Source: Octopus sinensis (lineage: Eukaryota). From it: 64,000 nt of DNA. The DNA lies in the NCBI RefSeq assembly GCF_006345805.1, contig NC_043002.1, positions 120,408,874 to 120,472,873 on the forward strand, given 5' to 3'. Position 1 is the first letter of the stretch, and each line of letters starts with the position of its first letter. The position numbers and the translations under genes are program-made. Shown in pieces: positions 1 to 12,447 of this stretch. The notes beneath the pieces are model-generated. The model did not search any database, had not been told where the DNA came from, and saw nothing but the letters and a program-made list of their open reading frames with translations.

Positions 1-553
1 AAATAAATAGAGAATGACCATATGGTTAAGAGGTTTACAATCCCGCAAATTTTATTTCGATCCCATTACTTAGTATTCTGGGCAAATGCGCTCTCTCACC
101 CCCATTCATCAACTTAATCATTGCAACTAGAACTATCTTCATAGAAGCTGTATAGAAGCTTCAACATTGCTGCTCGTTCGAACGGATTCTACTGCGATTT
201 TTTAACCAGATGACACCTGCTTTAGCTAGTTAGCGATGTAGAGCTGCATCCGTTTAATCGCAAGCAGGGCAGCGAACCCCTATCACCTTCTAACGACGGA
301 ACAAGTAGACCAGTACCAGTTTCGGGCTATTTTGCCACTCTTCACTACTGGATACCGCAGCTGCTAGAGATGGCGGTAGCTCGCAATATATATATTTCGA
401 GCGAACACATTGTCACTGATTTTGAAACAAGCAAAATTGCTAGTTCTAAAACATCTCTAAGAGATCAATGCACGGATAAGTAATATTTGTAGCCACTTCG
501 ACATGGCTGTTCTTTTGAAAAAGTAAAAGAATAAAAGAATATATATACACATG

Positions 554-775
554 TTCTTTTATTCTATTACTCTTTCAGTCTTTTGACTGTGCTCATACAG
601 GAACACCGCCTTGAAGGGTTTTAGTCGAACAAATAAATCCCAGGACTTATATCTTGAGCTTTGTATCTGTCATTCTTTATTGCTGAACCACTAAGTTACG
701 GGGACATAAGCACACCAACTCCGATTGTCAGGCGGTAATAGGGGACAAACACAGAAACAAAACCACATACACATA
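554..775 (-). mobile_element. SINE family A, 3' half (diverged)
   Basis: Matches the 3' half of the intact copies (caccgcc...gtcgaac...ggacttat...gaaccactaagttacggggacataagcacacc). Its 5' half lies at 1662-1822. Confidence 0.8.
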
Positions 776-811
776 TAGATGCAAACATATATATATATAT
801 ATAATATATAT

Positions 812-954
<143 letters not shown>

Positions 955-1020
955 TGGATCAAAACTGTTTGATTCAAATTCTTTGGTGCCCTAGTTTCAA
1001 GTGTGATGCTAATCTTCACT

Positions 1021-1056
<36 letters not shown>

Positions 1057-1059
<3 letters not shown>

Positions 1060-1650
1060 TTTGATTTTGATTTTGATTTTTCCAGTTTCAGCTCATGAGC
1101 TGTGGCCATGCTGGGGCACCGCCATTTGGTTTGCTACATGATTTTACCTCACGAATGCTTTTTAGCAACTGCCATTTGGTGCATGAGAGAGTTCGATGCA
1201 GCTGCCCTCATCTGCACCTCCTGCCGTGAAGTTGGTTCATCCGGGACACCTGACAGGAAGAGATCCAGTCCTACTTTAAAGACATCCGCATCTACACCAT
1301 GCAGGTCCCTCAGGTTCTTCGGGAGGATATTGAAGAGCTGTGGGCCTCTGAAGCCCAGGCTATCACAGTATCTTGTCCTACATCTTGATGGCAAATTTGG
1401 AGTCCTTGGTACCACGCAGTGGCGCCCGATTCTGGCATTTGTGTGACTCTCGATGCCAAAGTTTGGGACAAGTCCTTCCAGGATCTTCCAGATATATATT
1501 ATGGCATATCTTTCTCGCCTACACTCCAAGGAATAGAGTTTTAATCTCTTGAGTCTTTCCCAGTAGCTTATATGCTGCACAGAGGCTATCTTCTTCGTGT
1601 AGCTTCGTTGGATCGCCTCAAGTTCTGTGATCAACTTGACACTGGATGGT
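1057..1650 (-). mobile_element. CR1-like LINE 3' fragment with (TCAAAA)n tail
   Basis: ORF 1149-1634 (-) reads ISYWERLKRLKLYSLECRRERYAIIYIWKIL...GPQLFNILP, typical of a CR1-group ORF2 C-terminus. A short 3' UTR and a tandem-repeat tail at 1057-1081 follow. Confidence 0.88.
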
Positions 1651-1661
1651 GGTATATATAT

Positions 1662-1822
1662 ATATACGACGGGCTTCTTTCAGTCTACCAAGTTCACTCA
1701 CAAGACTTTGGTCTGCCCAAGGCTAAAGTCGAAGACACATGCCCAAAGTGCCACGCAGTGGGACTGAACCTGGAACCATGTGGTCGGGAAGTATGTTTCC
1801 TACTATATAGCCACGCTTGCGA
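1662..1822 (-). mobile_element. SINE family A, 5' half
   Basis: acgacgggcttctttcagt...gtgccacgcagtgggactgaacctggaaccatgtgg; contains the tRNA-like head. Confidence 0.85.
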
Positions 1823-1989
1823 CGCATATTTTCTTTACATTTTATTTCTTTTTCATAGCGTTCAAGCCGGTCGCTAGCAGAGTGACAACACTTTTTGAGT
1901 TAATGCAGTCTTAGGGGTTTTGTAAATAGTAGATTTAATTAGTGTGTGCAATCATTGTACTGTCTTGTAAACTTTAACTGTCAGTATTA

Positions 1990-2960
1990 GATTGGACTTG
2001 GACGATACGCGTCTTTACAGTTTCTTGAGAAATCCAAACATTTCTAGGTTTTTGTCCAAACCCGTTGTTACATAACGCACCGATGATAATATTTCACCAT
2101 AAATGTCCCCTTCTTTCCTTGAACTGGTGATGATGCGTTCACCTCTGCTGGACATCTGACAGGTGCATGACTTTTGATCCCAGTTACAAAGAACAATATC
2201 AGGTTTGTGGTACTTGCACGCGGTTGCTGTACTCACTGGAATATTCCAAATGTATTTCTTGTATTAAAGGGAATAAATACATTCAGTTTTTAACATGCCT
2301 TTCATGTGTTCACCGAATCAAACCATTCGGCGGATATCTTGGTAAATAGTGTTAGCAATTATATCATGTATCATTGGTAGGTCGCATTTTGCACATATTT
2401 TGTGGCAGCTGCTAAAGATAACATCTTCCACGCTGGTATAGCGTAACAGACATTTTCTATCACAACATGAAGGTTTGATGGTAAATTTATCTCTCTTATT
2501 GAATGGGTATCTAGTAATTATCTACTGTCCTTCTAGGCTACTGTTCCGGTCAATGCTGTTATTATCTTCTAGAACGCAGGATACGCGCTACGCATCGCTT
2601 TCTGCTGAAACGAAAAGTGCTTCTCCAAGCTTCTGTTTAAGAAGATTAGTCCAGCTTCCTTTAGGTCACGTGAAATAGTTGTACACTCAGAGTGTCTCTT
2701 AAGGAATTCTCCTATTCTGAAGACGTTGTTGTTCTCCTTTTTTTTCTTGGTATGCATATAATGTATTACAGAAGGTGTTGTTTTAGTGATATGATGCGTA
2801 AGTTAATGTGCAAGTTGCCAGTGGTGGTCAGTATTTTTCTAGTTTGATGTCCAAATTGTAAATCTCATGAAGTATCCAGTCTAATATCATAAATGTCGGG
2901 AGTAACAATGACACGGCAAAAGCATTATGAGATACGGTCGTACTGAATGCAGACAGTTCT
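1990..2960 (-). mobile_element. Decayed R4/Dong-like (RLE) non-LTR retrotransposon, C-terminal part
   Basis: Manual translation with stops and frameshifts: HNAFAVSLLLPTFMILDWILHEIYNLDIK (post-RT region), KCLLRYTSVEDVIFSSC..HDIIANTIYQDIRR (degenerate Zn knuckle) and KYHKPDIVLCNWDQKSC (PD-D endonuclease). Homologous to 21134-21455. Confidence 0.7.
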
Positions 2961-3032
2961 CAGTTTTATATTTTTCCGTCTGCTGAAGCAGGTATGCATT
3001 TCAGTATGTATAAAAAATTATCCATGGATGTT

Positions 3033-3084
<52 letters not shown>

Positions 3085-3807
3085 TGTGTGTGTGTACTCT
3101 GTTTTAAATATTTGAAATTTTTCTCTGGGGAAGAAGCTGCTTTCTAACAATGATAAAAAGCTCCGCCGTTGGAACGTAGATAGCAAAAGTAAGTAACATC
3201 TTAAACTTGAGAAACGTCTTGTATATTTGTACTGTTCCACTTAAAGATAACATTTGTAACATGCGAATTAAACTGGTTGATTTCTGTTTCTGAAAACTTT
3301 AGCTTATCCAGGTTGTCATTTAGACATTTACTCACGAAATCCATTGGCCCAATTGCTATTAGTATAAATGCAAATCAATAATCTGGATATAGAAGCTGGA
3401 CGTTTCGAAGCAGTTATTCTTAGTTATCCTTTTTCTCCTTGATTTATTTCTTTTTCATAAAGTCGTCGGCCATTATGGCGCGGAACGAAGACGGCACAGC
3501 AAGGTGCTACGTGGGCTGTAGAGCGCTGAGGGATTAGCCGGACCCTGCCTGTGTGAAGGAGTTAAGGAACAGTCATATTCACATCAGTAAGTCAACTGAC
3601 CTCTCTGACGGTACATATTTTTCTTGTCCGCCCTAAACAACGTCGTGCTTTTTATGTTTAAACTTGACTGAAGTTTTGATGGTATGTCCCATCGATATTT
3701 CAAGTGCTATTTTTGTGTATGTATTGAATAACGATAAGGGAGGGTTCACTATATTTATCCTAGACAGTTATACTTTCGAATGATATTGTATACTATTTTA
3801 GTAACAA

Positions 3808-4191
3808 CTAGCAGTATCGCCCGGCGTTGCTCGGGTTTGTAAGGGAAATAACTATATAAGCATTTTTAGAGATGTAAAGTATAATAGCCATCTCAATATG
3901 GCTAACCACAAAGCGGGGGGGTGTTACTGTAGCTTTTTACGTTCTGAGATTTAATAATAAATTTTTAGAGAGTTACTTCCCTTATATATGCCAAAAATGC
4001 ATTAAAAATGGGAAAAATTGATGGTAATTTTTTTTAAATCGTAGACTCATCGTAGACGCGCACTAATACCCAGAAGGGCTCGATATGAATCACGACAGTT
4101 TTGGTTAAACTGCACCGCAAAATGTGGGAGTAGTTAGGAATCTAAATCGTAGGAGACAGACAGCACACAACCTCACTTTTATATATAAAGA
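3808..4191 (-). mobile_element. Non-autonomous Helitron (384 bp)
   Basis: On the minus strand it starts 5'-TC (4191) and ends CTAG-3' (3808). Subterminal hairpin cccgagcaacgccggg. Inserted between A and T with no TSD. Confidence 0.85.
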
Positions 4192-4522
4192 TGTCTTGCC
4201 GCATAAGGAGATAGTACGTGAAAGATATTTTGGGCTGCTTCTAATCACCTGTGTGATGTCTTGTACATAAATATGACATAATCTACATCATCAATTCCGT
4301 CTTCGGGCTCTAAATGCTGCACTGTTTCTTTCGCTTACTAGGTATTTCATAGCAATCGCATGCAAGTATGTATTAATGTGTGTAAACATGTTCTATGTGG
4401 ATGTCTATATTTGCAGATGTTTATAAGCTCATGAGAAGATTTGTACCAATATATATTCTAATAATACATGTTTCTACATATATCAAAAGCGAAAACACGT
4501 ACACTTATGTACACATCTATTT

Positions 4523-4682
<160 letters not shown>

Positions 4683-4684
4683 TA

Positions 4685-4800
4685 TTTACAAGGAATACAA
4701 AAAATGTAGAAAAATATGAAGAAAATACGTAAATCCATGACACGACAGCTGTTTCAGAAAGCTCAGAGGTATGTAATAGCCATAATAATCATAATTTACT
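4685..4800 (-). mobile_element. Penelope-like terminus with degenerate hammerhead remnant
   Basis: Minus strand reads GAAA-CAGCTG-TC|GTGTCAT (palindromic stem III, GUC triplet at 4746-4744). The upstream CUGAUGA is eroded (cctctga). Abuts (TA)n. Confidence 0.45.
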
Positions 4801-5024
4801 GATTGAATGTGCAAAAAAGTTATGGGTATGTAACCGGTAACCTGTTATATGAAGTCGGGTTTCATATTTTTCTGTATTTGTTTGCGCTCCATGGCAATAT
4901 ATGAATACCCTGTGTGTGTATGTCTGTGTGTGTGTGTTTGTGTGTGTGTTTATTTGTGTGTGTGTTTGTTTGTGCGTGAGCGTGTGTGTGTGTGTCTTGG
5001 GTGTGAATATATATATATATATAT

Positions 5025-5079
<55 letters not shown>

Positions 5080-5170
5080 TATGCATGCAAGTACATATAC
5101 ACACACGCATATATATATATATATATATATATACAACTTTTGTGTCCTGTTTTTCATTTTATTTCATTTG

Positions 5171-5235
<65 letters not shown>

Positions 5236-5319
5236 AAGTCAAATTGCGATAAAATAAATAGATATATGCACATATGTGCGTGTGTGTGTGTGTCTGCATA
5301 GATATATAGATATATGCGT

Positions 5320-5880
5320 CCAACTCCCGTTACAGGTGCGCAGCATTTCCAGGGTTTTATATCCTCTGAGGGAATTTTGCATAGCAAACAAGGATGGATA
5401 CGTGAGCTGAGGCCGTGTCTGAGGATGCGATTATGAATAATCATGATAGCTTACTTGGTTGCATGTGAAGTAACAAAGAACTCGGCTGGTTTATTCATTT
5501 GCCTGTGTTCCAGAGGTTAGTAAAACACTTGTAAACTGTTCGTTCTGTATTTCCTCGTTGGTTTTCCTGTGAGGAAGCCATCCTTCTAGAAGAAGGGCCC
5601 TATCTTGTAACATACTAAAGCCGTTTCTTTGGCACCTTTTCTTCAAGGGATTAGTGCAGACTTATTTCAATCTCCAATTGTCAGTTTATATTTATACTAC
5701 AATGCAGAAAATGTATTAAATATTGCAACTTTTCTCCACGGAAGAAGAGATAAGTTGGCAGTTTAAACCACAGTTGACATATCTTAAGTCTACCAATTGT
5801 ATAAGCAAACATTATGATGTATGACCCCTGCCTCCAAACAATTAACGCTGGTGTATTGCATTGGATTGAATAATAGTTTT
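5320..5880 (-). mobile_element. Decayed CR1-like LINE ORF2 fragment
   Basis: KDGFLTGKPT..EIQNEQFTSVFT aligns with KDGSLTGNPMKINEILNEPFKCVF in the CR1 at about 20590. Confidence 0.55.
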
Positions 5881-5895
5881 TCTAATTGTACATTT

Positions 5896-6204
5896 GTGGA
5901 GGCGCAATGGCCTAGTGGTTAGGGCAGCTGACTCGCGGTCGTAGGATCGCGGTTTCGATTCCCAGACCGGGCGTTGTGAGTGTTTATTGAGCGAAAACAC
6001 CTAAAAGCTCCACGAGGCTCCGACAGGAGGTGGTGATCCCTGCTGTACTCTTTCACCACTCTTTCTCCCACTCTTTCTTCTGTTGGCCTGCTCGCTTAGC
6101 CAGCGGGGTGGCGTCATTCGAAGGCTAAAACAATGCAAACGCATTGTGACCAGCGATGTGTAACTACATCTGATGGACTCGTCGGTCACGTGATGGTGAT
6201 GGTG
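5896..6204 (+). mobile_element. SINE with family-B head and alternative 3' tail
   Basis: tRNA-like head ggcgcaatggcctagtggttagggcagc...ggtttcgattccc. Diverges from family B after about 175 nt and ends ggtcacgtgatggtgatggtg. Possible TSD acatttg. Confidence 0.85.
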
Positions 6205-6929
6205 ACATTTGATTTCAAATTTCACTACTTTCAGGTGGTTTGTAATCTTTGTCTATCATCTCATATGAATTTTCCTCTTCCTAGGGATCTCCTTGTTGTG
6301 TGTATTGACCTTGTGCTCTGGGATAGATGTGTTGCATATAATTTGCATTTTGGACATGTTGACCATCGTTAGTAGACCTCTCTGTTGTGTCTTCGGGCTT
6401 GTTCTTAGAGGATCAGTTTCTCCATCTTTTTTGTCACCCTTGCTGCTATCATTTCCGCGAATGGTATCCAGGCTGTCGGTGCGTCATCTAATGAGGGCAT
6501 AAGAACGGAAGAATACGTCTATCTGGGTCGGGATTCTGGTGAAATCATTACGCTTTAGTGTTGCTGCGATGATATTGTTTGGGGGATCGGCGTCTGCAAT
6601 TTTCCAGATTCGTAGAAATTATTGAAGTTTCTTGATTTTACAATTTTCGCTGCCAACAAAACTTCAAGCTGGTTTCAATGATACTATTCTGGCTTGTGGT
6701 GTCAGCCGCTAAAAATATAACTATCAAGACACAACGATAAAAGAAAAATCAGAGTATAAAGCAAGAAGAATATAAATAATCTTCCAACTCGGACTAAACA
6801 TGTTGTAAAATGTAAAATTGTACACAGAAGGACGAAAAAAAAACGGACAATTAAATTTCAGTTTAGTTTAAGCGGATCTACCTGTGATTTCATGAAAAAG
6901 CATTTAATTTCGAGAACGAAAAGAACCCA

Positions 6930-8150
6930 GGCTGTGAAGGGCCAACATCTCTTGAAAATCTTCTGAGATTTGTAGGCTAAGTTTTAAAAATATCAAGAAG
7001 AATTCGTATCACGTAAAATCCTGCACGATGGTGGAAATTGGAAAGAAGCTCTAAAGAAAGCAGTAGTAACTCAAGCAACTACTCAAAACATAGTCGTGTT
7101 TTGTTAAGCATACAATCTGTTTAATGAATCATATTTGCCCTGCATAAGTATAAAAACAATATGTCAACGGAATGCTTGAACTAAATCAGGAGCAGAAAAA
7201 CTAGGTACATTGATGATGTGCACAATCAATGCCTCTCTATTTCAGACTGTTAGTAGTGTGAGATGCCAAGACGATGTGCAGAAATGGATGTATCACAAAA
7301 GATGTTTCGGGATACAAGCCTGTAGTCCATTCTGCGAATGACAATAAACTTTTATGGGTGGCTAATAATTAGCATAATTATGAAGGCTCCATAAATAAAA
7401 TTAAATGAGAACGACACTTCGTTGTTGAGGTAGCCTGTGAAACAGACAAGTCCTTTTTTTACAAACCATTTACTTGCAACGAGACACCAAAACAGTTATG
7501 TTACCTTCATTGTGGTACCAAATGGTAGAGCAGCAATACTTCTGGGTGGAGGAAGATATGCACGACTATTATTTAAGTCGCCCTCCAGACCTAAGACTGT
7601 AGTGAACGATCTTTGTACTACAATTTGAAGAACTCACTCGAGACCAATTAGATTCAAATTGATCAATTGGATTAACGCTATCATGAACCTCAAACAAGCA
7701 GTTCAAACCAGGACTGAATATTGTAATATCCGAAAGACAACACATAAGTTATAGTGTGTGACCATAGTTCATGCTGGTGATTTCAGACAGGTGAGGTAGT
7801 GAGTGAATTGACATCCAGGTGCTATTGATGCAAAATGTTCTTGCAAAAAACTGATCCCAAATTAGGTTGCAAATTTTTTAGCACTGAAAGAGGTTGCTAT
7901 GAGAGAAATGGGAAGAGCTTCCAATAGAGAAGGAATGGCTAAAATCAAAAGAGAAAGTCAATTCTTTGGAGCAACTGAATTTCCGGACATCTTGAAACCA
8001 GGGGGAACGACACCACACAATCTGACGCTGAATAACTTTCTGCCCTCAATTTCACAATGAAACAAAACTCACAATCTAAAATACAATGCCATAAACAAAT
8101 CAGAAAAATTTGCTGAAGAAAATTGTTTAATTTTTCAGAATAATTCTTAG
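6930..8150 (+). pseudogene. Helitron RepHel (PIF1-like helicase) relic
   Basis: Motifs by manual translation: GPTSLENL, FFTNHLLA...VVPNGRAAILLGGGRYARLLFKSP (motif I/Ia; ORF 7437-7628) and VTIVHAGDFRQ (motif III, about 7766-7800). Many stops. Confidence 0.75.
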
Positions 8151-8461
8151 GAAATCACATTTTCGATCTGAGTTTAAAAGACATCATTCAGATTTGACAT
8201 AATTACCAAAAAATCTAAAGGCTACCCATTGAAAGCTTTTAGTGTGAACTTGTCTTTTCACATTCTCAGCTTTATTTCGGTATTTTAACAGTTCTGAACA
8301 CTAATTGCCTAAGCACCACAAAGAATAACCAAGGAAATTGATAATCCCTTGAATTCGCAATAACCAGCAAAGTGAAAAAGATGTTCATTAAATACAAATA
8401 TTATACGAAATATAAAAATATTTATTAATCAACTAGAGTGTAATTTGTGCCAAAATGTGCA

Positions 8462-8881
8462 TTCTTTTTTATTCTTTATTCTTTTATTCTTTTACTTGTT
8501 TCAGTCATTTGACTGCAGCCATGCTGGAGCACCGCCTTTAATCGAGCAACTTGACCCCGGGACTTATTCTTTGTCAGCCCAGTACTTATTCTATCAGTCT
8601 CTTTTTGCCGAACCGCTAAGTGACGGGGACATAAACACACCAGCATCGGTTGTCAAGCAATGCTAGGAGGACAAACACAAACATACACGCACACACACAT
8701 ATACATATATACATATATACGACAGGCTTCTTTCAGTTTCCGTCTACCAAATCCACTCACGAGGCATTGGTCGGCCCGGGGCTATAGCAGAAGACACTTG
8801 CCCAAGATGCCAAGCAGTGGGACTGAACCCGGAACCATGTGGTTGTTTAGCAAGCTACTTACCACACAGCCACTCCTGCGC
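8462..8881 (-). mobile_element. SINE family A, full length
   Basis: tRNA-like head with A/B boxes, internal (TA/TG)n, tail ggcggtgctccagcatggctgcagtcaaatgactgaaac plus (AAAAGAAT)n. Confidence 0.93.
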
Positions 8882-8957
8882 ATGTTACTGCATACTGGAA
8901 CTTTGAAGCAATATCGCCCCTCATTATATTTCATTCTAATATATATATATATATTGA

Positions 8958-9180
8958 GTAAGCCGTTGAACTAGTAGAATCGTAAGTACGCCGAGCAAAA
9001 AGGCTAGTGGCGTCTCGTCTCTTGCGACGTTCTCAGTTCAAATTACGTCGAGGTCGATCTTTACCTTTCATGCTTCTGGGGTCGATAAGGTAAGTACCAG
9101 TTGGGCACTAGTGTCAGTGTAATCTATATAACCTCTCCCTTGAAATTATTGGCCTTGTGCCAAAATGTGAAATATTGGTT
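8958..9180 (+). mobile_element. SINE family C, monomer (diverged)
   Basis: agttcaaatt..gaggtcga..ttacctttcat..ggggtcgataa..aagtaccag central domain. Confidence 0.8.
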
Positions 9181-9348
9181 ATATTTTATGAATGTTCAAA
9201 TTTTTATTATTGTAAACATCATTAACATATTTTACATATCATGTATATATATATATATACATAATTGTGTGTGTGTGCATTGGTGCGTATGTGCATCTTT
9301 GTACGTGTACGTGTATGTGTGTGTGTATAATACAATATTTATTATGCT

Positions 9349-9729
9349 TTCAGCACGTTGGGTGAAATGCTTAGCGGTATTTTGTCTGCCGCTACGTTAT
9401 GAGTTCAAATTCCGCCGAGGTCGACTTTGCCTCTCATCAGCTCGGGGTCTATAAATTAAGTACCAGCTACGCACTGGGGTCGATATAATCGACTTAATCC
9501 GTTTGTCTGTCCTTATTTGTCCTCTCTGTGTGTAGCCCCTTGTGGGTAGTAAAGAAATATATATTTTGTCTGTCTTTACATTCTGAGTCCAAATTCCGCC
9601 GAGGTCAACTTTGCCTTTTATCCTTTTGGAGTCGATAAATTAAATACGAGTTGCGTACTGGGGTCGATCTAATCGACCGGCTCCTTCACCAAAAATTTCG
9701 GGCCTTGTGTCTAGAATAGAAAGGAATAT
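9349..9729 (+). mobile_element. SINE family C, dimer (5'-truncated)
   Basis: Two tandem gagttcaaattccgccgaggtcgactttgcc units; same structure as 44497-44899. Confidence 0.9.
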
Positions 9730-9814
9730 AGTGTAGAAAGTGACTTCGAAATTTCGCCTGCTAACATTCGCCAGACTGTTGTACATTTAATATATATTTG
9801 TGAGAGTATGTATA

Positions 9815-10191
9815 CACTACCGTCAGAAATTAATTAGCACCCTTGATTTGTTCTTCACTCAAGGTATGTGCTGTCACCTAGTGGCCATATCTCGAACTAT
9901 TGCTTTGTTGCGAGTACACTGTTGCGCAGAACGATGACGTAACTTTGTTTGCAGAGCAGTTTGAGAGACTACAGCCTTATGATGTTGACATAGCAGTGCA
10001 ACAACTTGGAGTGCGGATGCAGACAAATCTTCCTTTGTTTAATAGATATAGGTAGCGCCTCGCAAGGACCGAAATCACACCATACTAAGTTTTCTCATCG
10101 CGTAAGACGTTTTGAACAGCTCATAGGTTAATTGATTTAACCTATTTAATGTAGAAATTTGAGAAGTGCTAATTAATTTCTGACGCAAGTG
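9815..10191. mobile_element. MITE, Tc1/mariner-type (TA TSD)
   Basis: 26-bp TIRs cactaccgtcagaaattaattagcac / gtgctaattaatttctgacgcaagtg (2 mismatches), flanked by TA on both sides. Confidence 0.85.
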
Positions 10192-10355
10192 TATGTATGT
10201 ATGAATGTATGTATATATGTGTGTGTGCGCGCGCGTGTGTGTGTGTATAATAACATACAAAAAGATATAATAATATATTAATATATATATACATATGTCT
10301 GTGTGTATGTGTATATATATATATATGTATACATATATATATATGTATATATATA

Positions 10356-10399
<44 letters not shown>

Positions 10400-10439
10400 T
10401 ACACATAAAATACAAATTACAAAGTTATATCTTGATATC

Positions 10440-11030
10440 GCTAGTGATAAAAATACTCAAAATATATAACAGACTGGAATTGTAGGCCTGTCTCTTGCAA
10501 TTTCGATCAATTGTATCTTGTCCTCCCTCTTGTATAGAAATGGGGCTACAATCCAGCCTACCTCTATTTCTGGGGGGACATTTAAAATTTTTATCCGGGA
10601 CGTCCTACATCCCAAATATAAAGGTAAAAATTTCCACTTTGCAAGGTTCGAATCGAGTACTCCCTTGCACGCTCCGTTGACTCGAACCTTGCTTCTATTG
10701 TGGTGAATTTACCGCCTCTGGTTTGATATCTTTCCTAGTCGCACCAAGACACTTTTCGATGGTGCTTTCCTCCAAGTGTTCAAATCTTTTTTTCCCTACA
10801 TTGTATACTTTATAGACAATAGTCTTTTCTTTAATTTTATTTTTTATTTCGTTTGGTGGTGTTATCCTAGATTCACCGTCTTTGTCGGTGATAAATCGGA
10901 AATAGGTTTGTATTTCTTCCATTTTAATTTTAATGAGTTCGCGCCCGCCGACGCCTGCAGCGAAATTCATTTTTGGACTTTCTTCTATCGAAGACATTTT
11001 AAGCAAAATGCTTCCGTATAAACGGTGAAA
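10440..11030 (-). mobile_element. Probable LINE (L1/Tx1-like) ORF1 N-terminal fragment
   Basis: ORF 10695-11006 continues through frameshifts into RIKILNVPPEIEVGWIV. ORF1 assignment is by resemblance only. Confidence 0.45.
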
Positions 11031-11689
11031 ATATTGTCAATTTCCCCAAACAGGGACACAATTCAACTTTTAAACAATGACCAAAGGTCCTTCTCCCAAA
11101 GGGGGGGGGGGTTACAGTTTACAATTATTTAAAAAATGCATCATAACGCTTCGCTTACGAAACGTGATAACAATAGTTAAACAGTAATAATAATAACAAC
11201 AAACCTTACGGTGAATCAAAAAGCAGTACACAGTTGAAGTCCTTTATAGATAAGAAATAAACCAACAGCAGTACTCAGTAGAAGCGGCTGTTCGAGAAGA
11301 CAGACATTACATACAGCCAAACTTCATATAGATACTTGATGCTGGCTAATTAGCAGATAATCTATTGTAAAAGCCGTGGTAAAGGGTATGTGCACAGCTC
11401 CATCTGGACTATTCCATTTCTGCATATTAATTTTATTTTTAATTTATTCACATTCATGTGAAACCACTTATTTCATGTCAATGATGCAATTTTATACCAA
11501 TTGCTATTTTTACTTTTGATTGTTATGTTACGATTTAATTATTATATTATACTTTAGTTTGACTTTAATTATTACTTACTACATATAATTCAATTGTTAC
11601 TACTATCTCTAATTTTTATTGTTAAAGTGAATGTATCTGACACAAAATAGAGAAATGTTTTTGTTTCACTTTTAACACGTAATACTGAA

Positions 11690-12029
11690 ATAGTGGAGAA
11701 GATATGATATTGCTATAGGCTCGCCCTAAGCAAGAAGTTGACCATTTTTTGCCCATGAAACTACATGGACCCTAAGTAAAGCATGTGTAAAATTTGAATG
11801 AAATTGGTTGTGTAGTTCTCAAGTTTTAGGGAATCATAGTGGAAAAGATATGATATTGCTATGGGCTCGCCCTAGGCAAAACGTTAATTTTTTTTGCCGA
11901 TGACACTCCTCGAACCTTAAGTAAGGCATGTGCAAAATTTGAATGGAATTGGTTGTGTAGTTCTCAAGTTTTAGGGAAACACACAGAGAGACAGACACAC
12001 ATTTTCAGTTTTATATATATAGAGAGAGA
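11690..12029 (-). mobile_element. Helitron-like element, 5' portion with 146-bp internal tandem duplication
   Basis: Minus-strand start TC-tctctatatatataaaactg, like the 5' ends at 4191 and 19101. Units begin at 11690 and 11836. 3' CTAG not located. Confidence 0.6.
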
Positions 12030-12202
12030 TATATACATATATTCATGTATGAGTATGTTCTTATGTACTTATATTAGCAGACGAGTATATATTTCTCTGT
12101 AATGAGTTTCTCAGAAAAACATTCAGTTATACAATGGCAATTCATAATATGACATAGACATATGAGCATCTTTTTAAAAAAATCTTGACCAATATCTCGC
12201 AG

Positions 12203-12231
12203 TGATAAAAATCATGAAGCAATTGTTGCCC
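12203..12231 (+). CDS. Candidate 29-nt micro-exon, copy 1 (x-IKIMKQLLP)
   Basis: cttgaccaatatctcgcAG|...|GTAAGC. The splice-like flanks are identical to copy 2. Confidence 0.4.
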
Positions 12232-12383
12232 GTAAGCTAAAGAATAATACAAACATCTAGATACAAAATGTTCCACTCATATAATCACACAAAAGTGAGC
12301 ATATATATATAGGTATGCGTATGAGTCTGTGTGTGAGTGTGTGTGCGTGTGTGTGTAAGTCTGTGTGCATATGTAGATGTATG

Positions 12384-12445
<62 letters not shown>

Positions 12446-12447
<2 letters not shown>

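Noticed and set aside
5896-5975. tRNA-like sequences at the SINE B heads (also 22451, 36069, 40805, 61323) and SINE A heads
   Set aside because: They run into SINE bodies, several have TSDs and they lack a complete acceptor stem, so they are SINE heads rather than tRNA genes.
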